A DNA stretch of 51,967 bases from Candidatus Eiseniibacteriota bacterium (GTDB taxonomy: Bacteria > Eisenbacteria > RBG-16-71-46 > CAZEPH01): contig JBGATO010000023.1 of NCBI GenBank assembly GCA_044229145.1, positions 1 to 51,967 of the forward strand, in the 5' to 3' direction. The position numbers and the translations under genes were made by a program. A model generated the notes under the pieces. The model had not been told where the DNA came from. It did not search any database and worked only from the letters and a program-made list of their open reading frames with translations. Shown here one piece after another: positions 29,938 through 39,131 of the stretch (its first letter is position 1; every line of letters begins with the position of its first letter).

Positions 29938-32900
29938 CTAGCGGATCACCACGAGCTTCGAGAGAACGCTGGAGTCAGCCGAGTAGCTGATCACCACCGT
30001 GTAGGAGCCGCTCGGCACCAGGTCGCCGTCATCGGTCCGCAGCTGCCAGGTCCACGACTGCGCATCCTTGCCCGTCAGCCCGTGGCTGGCGACCAAGTGA
30101 CCGAGCAGGTCGTAGATCTTGATGCCGGTCGCGCCGACGGTGCGGAGCGTGACTGACGTCGCGCCCTCATCCGCACGAACCGGGTTCTGCGAGTACTCGA
30201 TGTTGCGGCTCTGGTTCACGACCACCGTCGCCGTCGACGCCGCGGACAGCGAGATGCCGCTGGCCGCACCGCTCGCCGTGACGCCGGTGGTGTAGGAACC
30301 AGACGCCTGGCCGCCCGGGATCACCACGGTGACCGTCATGGTGGCACGACCGCCCACCGGGATGGCAACCGTGGCCGGGTCCGGGCTGATGCTGACGTTC
30401 TCCGACTTGAAGGTCCGGCCATCGGTGGTCATGAGGCGACCATCGAGGGCGAACTGGGTGATCTCGCCGGCGTTGATTGGCGTGTTACCGGTGTTGTTGA
30501 CGACGTACTCCAGCGTCACCGTCTCGCCCGACTTGCCGCTCACGCTCACGCCGCCTTCCGACTGCGTGATGCTGATCGACGGCATGCGCGGCACGTACGT
30601 CGCCACACCGACGGTCTGCGTGTACGACTGGGCCCCGCTCGCCGAGGTCGTCGAGGTCACCGAGCACGAGTAGGTGCCGGCGGTCGCCGAGTTGGCGTTC
30701 GCGGTGACGTTGAAGCTCACGGTCGCGCCCGGTGCGACGTTGGTGAAGGAGGCCGGGCTGACCGACAGCGTCGGCACCGTCTCGCCCTCACCGCCACCGC
30801 AGTTGCCGGCGGCCGCGATCGTGACCGTCGTGTTGCTGGTGTTCTGGATCGTGAGCGACTGAGTCTGGCCAGCGGTCAGGTTCAGCGTGCTCACGGTGGC
30901 GTTGCTGCTCAGCACCGGGTTCACGTGGACCGTCATCGCCTGCGTCACCGAGACGTTGCCGCTGGTGGCGCTAGCCGTCGCAACGTAGTCGCCTGCCACA
31001 GTACCGGCCGCAACCGGCACCGAGACCGAGAAGACCTGCGACGCGCCCGTGCTCAGCGCGACGCCCACCGGGTCCGGGGTGAACGAACCGCTCAGGATCG
31101 CGTTGCCGCCCGCTTGCGCGAACGGGGTCAGCGACACACCGAGTTCGCCGGCACGAATCGGCGCGGTGCCGTTGTTCGTGACGGTGAAGCTGGTGCTGGC
31201 GGTGGTGCCCGGGTTCACGTTGACCGTCGCCGGAGCCGCACCGAAGGCGACCGAACGGCTGGTCACCGTCACCGTGACCGCCAGGGTCAGAGCCGAGCCA
31301 CCACAGCTCGGGCTGATCGTGACGTTACCGGTGTAGGTGCCGGCGGCCTGCGAGTTCGACGTCGTCGCCGTCACCGTGACCGTGCTGGTCGTCGGCGGCG
31401 TGATGACGCTCGGGCTGAGCGTGACCTGCACCGGCAGCGCGTTGGCGCCCGAGGTGAGGACGGTGCCCGACGTGGACAACGTGACGTTGTCGATGTTGCT
31501 GCCGTTGGTGATCGTCGCGGTGCCCACGACCTTGGAGGTGCCCGGGTCCATCGTGGTGCTGATGGCGTTCGGGACCAGACCGTAGCTGCACACCGGCGGC
31601 GCAACGTAGCCGGTGTAGTTCACCGACACGTTGAACCAGTCGACGAGGTTCGCGAGAGCGGTCGAGCCGTCGTACAACACGCCGTCCGGCGGGTTCGACG
31701 CGAAGCCCGACACCGCCTGACCCGTGAGGTACACGCGGCCGTTCGCGGCATTGTTCAAGCCATAGTACGGCTCGTACGTGCCGCTCGGCGTGCTCTGCGA
31801 GAGCGAGCTCTTGTCGATGCGCAGGCCGTACACGACGACGCTGTCCGCGCCGATCGTGGTGCCGTACTGCGCCATCGGGTAGAGCTGCGCCTTGATCGTG
31901 CTCGAGTGGTCGGTGGTGCTGTAGAGCGTGATCTCACCACCGGTCACCGTCGAACCCGACATCGAGCCGAGGGCGGTGAAGCTGCCCGTGCTCGGCGACC
32001 ACATCTGGATGTTCGCCAGATCGTCGCAGCCGAAGTCGTCCGACGGGTCACCCGGGTTGTTGTTGAGAGCCGAGCTCGCCGGGTTCGCGACCTCGATCGT
32101 CCACGTGTTGGTGTTCATCGTGGCGTAGTCGAGGCTGGTCACCAGCGAGTTGGCGCTCAGGCTGCCCTTGTTGTCGAGGATGTCGAGGTCCGGCGCCTTC
32201 AGCTGGAACTTCACGCTGTAGGAGTCGACCGCGTTGTTGTTCGAGTCGTACGCCGTGACCGTGCCCTCGTAGCCGTTGGCGCAGCTCGCCGGCAGGTTCG
32301 ACGTGTCGAACTGCACCGACACCATCGTGGTCTCGCCCGGCAGCACGGTCACCGAGGCCGGCGTGAAGATCGCCGGCGACGGGTCCTGCGGGCCGCTGCC
32401 GAACACGTACTGGAAGTGCGCGTCCAGCGGGATGTTGGCGATCGCCGCGTTGGTCACCTTGAACACACCGTTCACGTAGCCCGGGAAGTTCGGGATACCG
32501 ACCAAGTGGCTTTCGTTGTCGACGGCCGCCGGGATGTAGAAGTTCGCCGGGTTCGACGCACCCACACCGTTGAACAGACCGTCGTTGTTGATGATGCCGG
32601 TGAGCGGCGAACCGAAGGCCGCGAACTCGGGCACCGTGATCTGGATCATGAAGCTGTCGAACGGCGCGATCGTCGACATAGCCGTGCTGGTCGGGCAGTC
32701 GGTGGCCGCCGCGTCGCTGTTGCTGACCGCGAACACCCAGCCCTGGTAGATACCCGGGAGGGTACCGGCCGGCAGGTTGATGTCGAACGTGAACGCGTTG
32801 TCACCCGCGGCGAGCGCCACGCAGGTGCCCGGCGCCACCGTGAGACCGGTGAGGTTCGGGTGCGCCGCGGCGTCGTACGGGTCGTTGTGCGTTGTGTAGT

Positions 32901-35900
32901 AGCCGCCCGGAATCTCGCTCGCCCACATGAGCGAGGTCACGGTCAGACCGGTGAGACGGCCGTCGGCGAGCGCCGAGGTGATCGTCTGGACCGGCTGCGA
33001 GTTCGGGACGTCCACCGAGAACGCGCCGGTGTTGATGTCGGCCGTGAGCTGCAGGTCGACGAACGGCACGCCGTTGTTGTGGTCGTACAGGTTGCCGCCC
33101 TGGAACGTGCAGCTCGGGGCAGCATCGGTGTTGTCGGCGACGCCATCGTTGTCCGAGTCCGTCGCGAGCGCGTTGGTCTCGGTGATGGTGCCGCAGTTGG
33201 CGACGTCGGTCGGCGTGGTGCCGTTGAGGTCCCACGCGCCGTTGAAGTTGGTGTCCTCGGCGCCATCGTTCAGCCCGTCGCCGTCCGAGTCGGCCGCCAG
33301 CGGGTTGGTGTGGCTCGAGGTGTCCTCGTCGGCGACGAGGCCGGCGCCGGTGTCACCGGTCCCGATGCCACGACCCGCCGATTCCGCAGCGGTGAGGCCG
33401 AGTTCGGTGCCGTCGGCGATGCCGTCCGTGTCGCTGTCCGACGAGAAGCCGGTCGTCGTCCACGTGATTTCGGTTCCGTCGAGCAGACCGTCGTCGTCGG
33501 TGTCTGCATCACGCGGGTCGGTCACGGACACGCCGTAGTTGGTGGCGTCGCCATTCGCGTCGACTTCGGTGATGTCGCCGATACCGTCGGCATCGGTGTC
33601 CGCGAAGCGCGGGTCGCTGTCCGAGAAGCCGTCCGCGTCCGCGGTCACGGTCGCGGTGGAACCCGTCTGCGCCGCGGTGAGACCGACTTCGCGACCGTCA
33701 TTGATGCCGTCACCGTCGGTGTCGGCGTTCAGCGGGTCGGTCATCGACTGGATCTGGTCATTGGTGACCGCCGGGCCGCCCTTGAGCGGCAGCGTGAACG
33801 TGAGCGCATGCACGCCCGGCTGGGTCCACTCGTTACCGTCGGTGATGCCGTCCTGGTCGGTGTCGGCGTCGGTCAGGCTGGTGCCGATGCCGGTTTCGAT
33901 CGGGTCGGTCAAACCGTCGTTGTCCGAGTCACCATCGAGGATGTTCGGCGTGGTGTCGCCGTCGGCGTCCGCGGCGTAGGTCTCGTCCAGCGCCGGGTTG
34001 CCGGCGTTGAGCGTGCCGTCGAGCACCCAGTCGTTGTCCGAGTCGACATCCATGGCGTTGGTGATACCGTCGCCATCGGCGTCGCTGTTCACCGACTCGT
34101 GCGTGTTGCCGCCACCGTCGACGAACCCATCCGCGGTGCCGTCCCAGAAGCCGTCACCGTCGGTGTCGAACTTCGTCGGGTCCGCGTGATAGGTGGTGAT
34201 CGCCAGCGCCTCGTTGCCGGCCGCGAGCGCGATCGCCACTTCGTCGCCGTCGTTGATGCCGTCGCCATCGGTGTCCGCCGACAGGCCGTTGGTGCCCAGC
34301 GCGATTTCCGCGCCGTCCACCAAGTTGTCGGTGTCGGAGTCGATCGCGAGCGCGTTCCACCCGTTGTTGACCTCGAAGCCGTCGGCAAGCAAGTCGCCGT
34401 CGGTGTCGGCCTTGATCGGGTCAGTGCCCTCGGTGTTGACTTCCGCGTCGTCGCCGAGACCGTCGAAGTCGGTGTCGGTGAGGTGCGGGTCCGAGTGGTA
34501 GGTGGTGATTTCGGCGACGTCCGTCACGTTGTCGCCGTCGGCATCCGCGTTGGTCAGGATGTCGGTGATGTACTGGGTGTACTCGGCGCCATCGGCGAGA
34601 CCGTCACCGTCGGTGTCGGTGCTGGCCGGGTTCGAGCCGAGCGCCGCTTCGATGCTGTCGGTGAGACGGTCGCCATCGAAGTCGCTCGCCAGCGGGTACG
34701 CGTCGGTGCCGTCGGCCACGCCGTCGTTGTCCGAGTCTTCGCAGTTCGGCTCGGTGCCGTTCGTGTACTCGGTCGCGTCGTTGATGCCGTCGCCGTCACT
34801 GTCGGTCGACAACGGGTTGGTGCCGCCGAGTTCGGCGATACCGTCCGCGTTGTCCGCCGGGGTGCCGGAGAGACCATCGTGGTTCACGTCGATACCGAAC
34901 GGGTCGATCTCCTCGCCGTCGTACAGGCCGTCACCGTCGCTGTCGATGTTCTGCGGGTCGGTGCCGAGGATGATCTCTTCGTAGCTGTAGAGACCGTCGT
35001 TGTCCGGGTCGACGATGTTCTGCGGCCCAATGATGTTGACGCGGGCGTCCAACGGGTCGGACCCGTTGAGCACTTCACCGGCATCGCTCTGTCCGTCCCC
35101 GTCGGTGTCGAGGGCGCCCGGGTTCAGGATCCAGCCCTGCGCGCTGTGCGGGTTCGACAAAGCGGTGGCGTAGAAGATCTCCGCGCGGTCGTGGAGGTCC
35201 TTGTTCAACTGCGGGCTGAACTGGCTCCAGTCCGAGTTGGTGTCGAGGGCGTTGATCAGGCCGTCGAGGTCGACGTCGCCGTTGTTCTCGACGTAGGTCG
35301 TGGTCTGGGTCGCGCCCGCGGCATCGATGTAGTTGACGGTCAGCGTGCCGCCGTCGTTGATGCCGTCACCGTCGGTGTCCTGGCAGCCCGGGTTGGTGTG
35401 CCAGGAGTTGACTTCGACGCCGTCCTCGACGCCGTCCCCGTCGGTGTCCTTGTTGTTCGGGTTCAGGTAGATCGGGTGACCGTGCCACGTGATGTTGAAG
35501 ATCTCGTCGCCGTCCGCGAGGCCGTCGTCGTCCGTGTCGGCCTTGGTCGGGTCGGTGTGGTAGGCGATGACTTCTTCACCGTCCGTCAGACCGTCCGAGT
35601 CGCTGTCGGCGAGGTACTTGTCGGTGTTGTAACCGGCTTCGGCGCTGTCGTTGATGCCATCGCCGTCGCTGTCCTGGTCGAGCGCGTTGTTGCGGCCGTC
35701 GGCGTCGACATCGGTCGACGCGACACCCACCAACTCGGCACCGTCGCTGAAGCCGTCACCGTCGGTGTCGGCCACCGTCGGGCTGGTGCCCCACGTGGCG
35801 ATTTCGGCCTGGTCCGACAAGCCGTCGCTGTCGGTGTCCACGGCCATGCCGTTGAGGCCCATCTGCGACTCGAAGCCGTCGGACAGACCGTCCCCGTCGC

Positions 35901-37140
35901 TGTCGTTGTCGTACGGGTCGGTGGTGACGGTGGTGTTGACGCCCATGATCACGACCGGGTAGCCGGCGTGCTCGTTGGTGTCGCTGATGCCGTCGTTGTC
36001 CGAGTCCGAGTCGAGCGCGTTGAGGAGGCCATCACCGTCGGAGTCGAGCGTGACGTCCAGCGAACCGCTGGCGGTCTGCTCGTCGCCATCGCTGATGCCG
36101 TCGCCATCGGTGTCGGCGTTGTTCGGGTTCGTCTTGGTGGTGGTGATTTCGAGACCGTCGTTGATGCCGTCGCCGTCGGTGTCCACCGAACCCAGCGCGT
36201 TGTTGCCGGTGTGGACTTCGTAGCCGTCGCTCAGGCCATCGCCGTCCGTGTCGTACAGGATCGGGCTGGTCTCGTTCGCGTCGACGATGCCGTCGTGATT
36301 GGCGTCTTCGGCGCCGTCGGCCAAGCCGTCGTTGTCGGCGTCGTTGTCGAGCGCGTTGATGCGGCCATCACCATCGACGTCGGTGAGCGAGGCCTCGAAG
36401 CCGACGCCATCGTTGATGCCGTCGCCGTCGGTGTCCGCCACGACCGGGTTGGTGCCGGCGGTCAGGACTTCGTCGCCGTCGTTCCAGCCATCCTCGTCGG
36501 TGTTGAACAGCGTGGGTTGGTGAACAGGTGTAGCCGACGCACCGTCCGAGAGGCCGTCACCGTCGGTGTCGGCGAGCTTCGGGTCGGTGGTCACGGTCGT
36601 CAGGTTGCCCGCGATCGTGATGTCGTAGCCGCTCAGTTCCGCGGCGTCGGAAATGCCGTCGTTGTCGCCGTCGAGCGACACCGGCCACGGGTCGCTGCCG
36701 TCGGAGAGGCCGTCACCGTCGGAGTCGGACTTGGCTGGGTCGGTCTCGCCCGGATCGACGGTGCCGTTGTGGTTGGCATCCTCGTTCGCGTCGGACATGC
36801 CATCGCCATCCGCGTCGCTCCCGTTGATGCCGAAGATTCCGAGACGGATCTCGGCGAAGTCCGGCTCGCCGTCACCGTCCGAATCGGTCGACGCATCCGC
36901 GACGCTCGTCCGAGCGCCCGGCCGTGCGACGAGCGTGGCCACAGGGGCCTTCGCTGCCTTGCCGCCGGCGCGCACCCCCGGCTGTGCCGTCGCGCTGCCC
37001 GTGGCAGCGAACGCCTGGCACGCCAGGAAGGTCAGGAGCAGGGCCGCCGTTCCGACTTGCAATGTCGCAAGCACGGCGCGCGACACGTCGCCGGACGCAT
37101 CGCGGAAAGAGCCCCAGCCTTGACTCAACACCTTACCCAT
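29938..37140 (-). CDS. giant (~2400 aa) secreted surface protein: TSP3-like Ca-binding repeats, Ig-like stalk, C-terminal T9SS/FlgD-like sorting domain
   Basis: ATG after AAAGGAGG; signal peptide ...ACQAFA; dozens of DxDxDG..DxxE repeats; V/T-rich Ig domains; ends NPV...IKIYDLLGHLV...W..RTDDGDLVPSGSY...KLVVIR. Confidence 0.88.
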   Translation of the reverse strand: MGKVLSQGWGSFRDASGDVSRAVLATLQVGTAALLLTFLACQAFAATGSATAQPGVRAGGKAAKAPVATLVARPGARTSVADASTDSDGDGEPDFAEIRLGIFGINGSDADGDGMSDANEDANHNGTVDPGETDPAKSDSDGDGLSDGSDPWPVSLDGDNDGISDAAELSGYDITIAGNLTTVTTDPKLADTDGDGLSDGASATPVHQPTLFNTDEDGWNDGDEVLTAGTNPVVADTDGDGINDGVGFEASLTDVDGDGRINALDNDADNDGLADGAEDANHDGIVDANETSPILYDTDGDGLSDGYEVHTGNNALGSVDTDGDGINDGLEITTTKTNPNNADTDGDGISDGDEQTASGSLDVTLDSDGDGLLNALDSDSDNDGISDTNEHAGYPVVIMGVNTTVTTDPYDNDSDGDGLSDGFESQMGLNGMAVDTDSDGLSDQAEIATWGTSPTVADTDGDGFSDGAELVGVASTDVDADGRNNALDQDSDGDGINDSAEAGYNTDKYLADSDSDGLTDGEEVIAYHTDPTKADTDDDGLADGDEIFNITWHGHPIYLNPNNKDTDGDGVEDGVEVNSWHTNPGCQDTDGDGINDGGTLTVNYIDAAGATQTTTYVENNGDVDLDGLINALDTNSDWSQFSPQLNKDLHDRAEIFYATALSNPHSAQGWILNPGALDTDGDGQSDAGEVLNGSDPLDARVNIIGPQNIVDPDNDGLYSYEEIILGTDPQNIDSDGDGLYDGEEIDPFGIDVNHDGLSGTPADNADGIAELGGTNPLSTDSDGDGINDATEYTNGTEPNCEDSDNDGVADGTDAYPLASDFDGDRLTDSIEAALGSNPASTDTDGDGLADGAEYTQYITDILTNADADGDNVTDVAEITTYHSDPHLTDTDFDGLGDDAEVNTEGTDPIKADTDGDLLADGFEVNNGWNALAIDSDTDNLVDGAEIALGTNGLSADTDGDGINDGDEVAIALAAGNEALAITTYHADPTKFDTDGDGFWDGTADGFVDGGGNTHESVNSDADGDGITNAMDVDSDNDWVLDGTLNAGNPALDETYAADADGDTTPNILDGDSDNDGLTDPIETGIGTSLTDADTDQDGITDGNEWTQPGVHALTFTLPLKGGPAVTNDQIQSMTDPLNADTDGDGINDGREVGLTAAQTGSTATVTADADGFSDSDPRFADTDADGIGDITEVDANGDATNYGVSVTDPRDADTDDDGLLDGTEITWTTTGFSSDSDTDGIADGTELGLTAAESAGRGIGTGDTGAGLVADEDTSSHTNPLAADSDGDGLNDGAEDTNFNGAWDLNGTTPTDVANCGTITETNALATDSDNDGVADNTDAAPSCTFQGGNLYDHNNGVPFVDLQLTADINTGAFSVDVPNSQPVQTITSALADGRLTGLTVTSLMWASEIPGGYYTTHNDPYDAAAHPNLTGLTVAPGTCVALAAGDNAFTFDINLPAGTLPGIYQGWVFAVSNSDAAATDCPTSTAMSTIAPFDSFMIQITVPEFAAFGSPLTGIINNDGLFNGVGASNPANFYIPAAVDNESHLVGIPNFPGYVNGVFKVTNAAIANIPLDAHFQYVFGSGPQDPSPAIFTPASVTVLPGETTMVSVQFDTSNLPASCANGYEGTVTAYDSNNNAVDSYSVKFQLKAPDLDILDNKGSLSANSLVTSLDYATMNTNTWTIEVANPASSALNNNPGDPSDDFGCDDLANIQMWSPSTGSFTALGSMSGSTVTGGEITLYSTTDHSSTIKAQLYPMAQYGTTIGADSVVVYGLRIDKSSLSQSTPSGTYEPYYGLNNAANGRVYLTGQAVSGFASNPPDGVLYDGSTALANLVDWFNVSVNYTGYVAPPVCSYGLVPNAISTTMDPGTSKVVGTATITNGSNIDNVTLSTSGTVLTSGANALPVQVTLSPSVITPPTTSTVTVTATTSNSQAAGTYTGNVTISPSCGGSALTLAVTVTVTSRSVAFGAAPATVNVNPGTTASTSFTVTNNGTAPIRAGELGVSLTPFAQAGGNAILSGSFTPDPVGVALSTGASQVFSVSVPVAAGTVAGDYVATASATSGNVSVTQAMTVHVNPVLSSNATVSTLNLTAGQTQSLTIQNTSNTTVTIAAAGNCGGGEGETVPTLSVSPASFTNVAPGATVSFNVTANANSATAGTYSCSVTSTTSASGAQSYTQTVGVATYVPRMPSISITQSEGGVSVSGKSGETVTLEYVVNNTGNTPINAGEITQFALDGRLMTTDGRTFKSENVSISPDPATVAIPVGGRATMTVTVVIPGGQASGSYTTGVTASGAASGISLSAASTATVVVNQSRNIEYSQNPVRADEGATSVTLRTVGATGIKIYDLLGHLVASHGLTGKDAQSWTWQLRTDDGDLVPSGSYTVVISYSADSSVLSKLVVIR
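33120..36890 (-). repeat. intragenic array of DTDGDG-type Ca-binding repeats
   Basis: Recurrent T(D/N)PxxxD(T/S)DGDG(L/I)xDGxE units; boundaries approximate. Confidence 0.85.
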
Positions 37141-37369
37141 CTGACAGCCTCCTTTAGGAGATGCACGCTCCGGGCGAGGGACATCCCTTGTCCGACACGC
37201 GCCTGTATGGCTGGCGAGTGTGCGTCCGCAGCGGCCTTTGTCACAGGAGACGGAAGGACCACTGTTGGGACCCCGGAACTCTGGTGCCGACGTACCCGTT
37301 ACGCACGCGCGCGCCATGCGACAACGACGCATGACGCGAGCAAACGCCTCGGGCGCAAAACGGCGCCGG

Positions 37370-37416
37370 ACGCTAGCACAGCGTTAGGTTCTGGTCAATT
37401 GCGACCAATTTTTGGT
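37370..37416 (-). promoter_or_regulatory. sigma70-type promoter of the giant gene with overlapping palindromes
   Basis: TTGACC-N17-TAGCGT (extended TG); TGGTC-N6-GACCA at 37392-37407 and ACCAA-N3-TTGGT at 37404-37416. Confidence 0.65.
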
Positions 37417-37682
37417 TAGTTGTCGACACTTCAGCGTTTTCGCCCACATCCAATCTCATGAATGCGGGAGGCCACGCCCCCACGTGCGTACGGCAAGACG
37501 GCCCGAATCACACGTGCGTCTCCGCACGGGCGCTCGACCCGAAGGTCGGGGCCGCACCAACCGCGCCGGCGGACGCGGCACTGCAGGATCGAACCAGGCG
37601 AATGGCAGTGCACGGAAGGAACGGGGAGAGGCGACGACGCGAGCGGGAAGACGGCGTGCGCGCTGCGGCGCAATGCGTCGGA

Positions 37683-37872
37683 CGGAGGGTCGCAAGGGGG
37701 CGACCTCCGGTATGCGGGCTCGTCGTAATCCTACCGCTTCTGTCCTGTTTCCAGGCAGATGGCCTCACTCGTCCATAAGCTCCGTGGCCACCGAGCTCCG
37801 CTGCGCCCGCGTCCCTCGAGTGATCCATCACTCGGTTTCGACGCGGCGCGACGGGGTACTGCTCCAATGTAG
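37683..37872 (-). ncRNA. candidate structured non-coding RNA (~190 nt), family not recognised
   Basis: Directly follows a near-consensus promoter; four hairpins including a GAAA tetraloop; no credible ORF. Confidence 0.45.
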
Positions 37873-37878
37873 AGAAGC

Positions 37879-37907
37879 AGGCTAGGCACGCTTCTCGACC
37901 GTGTCAA
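37879..37907 (-). promoter_or_regulatory. sigma70-type promoter with no adjacent CDS
   Basis: TTGACA-N17-TAGCCT. Confidence 0.7.
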
Positions 37908-37951
37908 CAGATTTCCCGCCTGCCGGGATGCACCCTCGGGTGCCCCCGGTG

Positions 37952-39124
37952 CTACGCCGGCACCGCCTCCCGTACCGGCCGCGACGCCTCCGCGAGGAGT
38001 TGCGAGGCGATCACCAGCCGCTGGATTTCGGAGGTGCCTTCGTACATCTCGGTCACCCGGGCGTCGCGATAGTAGCGTTCGACCGCGTAGTCCTTGATGT
38101 AACCGTAGCCACCAAACACCTGCACCGCCTTGTGCGTGACGGCAGTCGCGCTCTCCGAGGCGTAGAGTTTGGCCATGGACGCTTCCCGCGTGTGCGGAAG
38201 TCCCTGTTGACGCAGCCACGCCGCCTGATACACCAACATGCGCGACGCGCGCGCACGCTGGGCCATCTCGGCGAGGAGACACTGGATGGCCTGGAACTCG
38301 CCGATCGGGTGCCCGAACTGATGGCGCTCGCCGGCGTACCGCACTGCCTCCCCGAGAGCAGCTTCCTGGATCCCCAGCGCCTGGGCGCCGACACCGATGC
38401 GGCCTCCATCGAGGCACATCATGGCGATCTTGAAGCCCATGCCCTCGTCGCTGAGACGATTCTCCGCCGGGACTTCGCAGTCAGTGAAGATGATCTCCGA
38501 GGATTCGTCCGCTTTGATGCCCATCTTCTTGTCGATTGTTCCCACCGAAATGCCCGGAAACGACTTTTCGACGATGAAAGCGGTCATCCCGCGATTGCCC
38601 AACGACGGATTGGTCTTGGTGTTGACGATCATGAAGTCGGCGAACGGGCCATTCGAGACGAACACCTTCGCGCCGTTGAGGACATAGCGGTCCCCGTGGC
38701 GAACGGCGGTCGTCTGGATGCCGCCAGCGTCGCTGCCGGCGTTCGGCTCGGTGAGGCAGAAGGCGCCGAAGTGCGTGCTCGCCAGTTGCGGCAGGTACTT
38801 CTGCTTCTGTTCCTCGGTGCCGAATTTGACGATCGGCCAGCAGCCCACCGAGTTGTGCACCGACATGGCAATGGCCACCGCGGCACTGACCCGGCTCAAC
38901 TCCTCGATCGCCAGGATGTACGAGACGTAGTCGTTGCCGGTGCCGCCGTACTCCTCGGGGATGCACATGCCCATGAGCCCGAGTTCCTGCATCTGGCGCA
39001 GCAGGTCGAGCGGCGTCGTCGCATCGAGATCGAGTTGGTGCGCGCGCGGCCCGATTTCGCCCTGGGCGAAGTCGCGGACCATGTCGCGCATCATCTGCTG
39101 CTCTTCGGTCAGCCGGATGTCCAT
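37952..39124 (-). CDS. short/branched-chain acyl-CoA dehydrogenase
   Basis: FCLTEPNAGSD, LDGGRIG, ERHQFG, YEGTSEIQR (catalytic Glu present). Confidence 0.95.
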   Translation of the reverse strand: MDIRLTEEQQMMRDMVRDFAQGEIGPRAHQLDLDATTPLDLLRQMQELGLMGMCIPEEYGGTGNDYVSYILAIEELSRVSAAVAIAMSVHNSVGCWPIVKFGTEEQKQKYLPQLASTHFGAFCLTEPNAGSDAGGIQTTAVRHGDRYVLNGAKVFVSNGPFADFMIVNTKTNPSLGNRGMTAFIVEKSFPGISVGTIDKKMGIKADESSEIIFTDCEVPAENRLSDEGMGFKIAMMCLDGGRIGVGAQALGIQEAALGEAVRYAGERHQFGHPIGEFQAIQCLLAEMAQRARASRMLVYQAAWLRQQGLPHTREASMAKLYASESATAVTHKAVQVFGGYGYIKDYAVERYYRDARVTEMYEGTSEIQRLVIASQLLAEASRPVREAVPA

Positions 39125-39131
39125 CGGGCGC

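Noticed and set aside
33120..36890. CRISPR-like or DNA tandem repeat array
   Set aside because: Repeats are degenerate, in-frame protein repeats without constant repeat-spacer structure; no cas genes
30925..37419. 2164-aa plus-strand ORF and other long antisense ORFs (e.g. 619-2424, 5206-7416, 40313-42538, 46690-49056)
   Set aside because: Shadow frames of real genes in high-GC DNA; R/G/V-rich with no motifs
37508..37867. 119-aa ORF downstream of the orphan promoter
   Set aside because: TTG start without SD, low-complexity R/A/P/S composition and no motif; the RNA structure explains the region better
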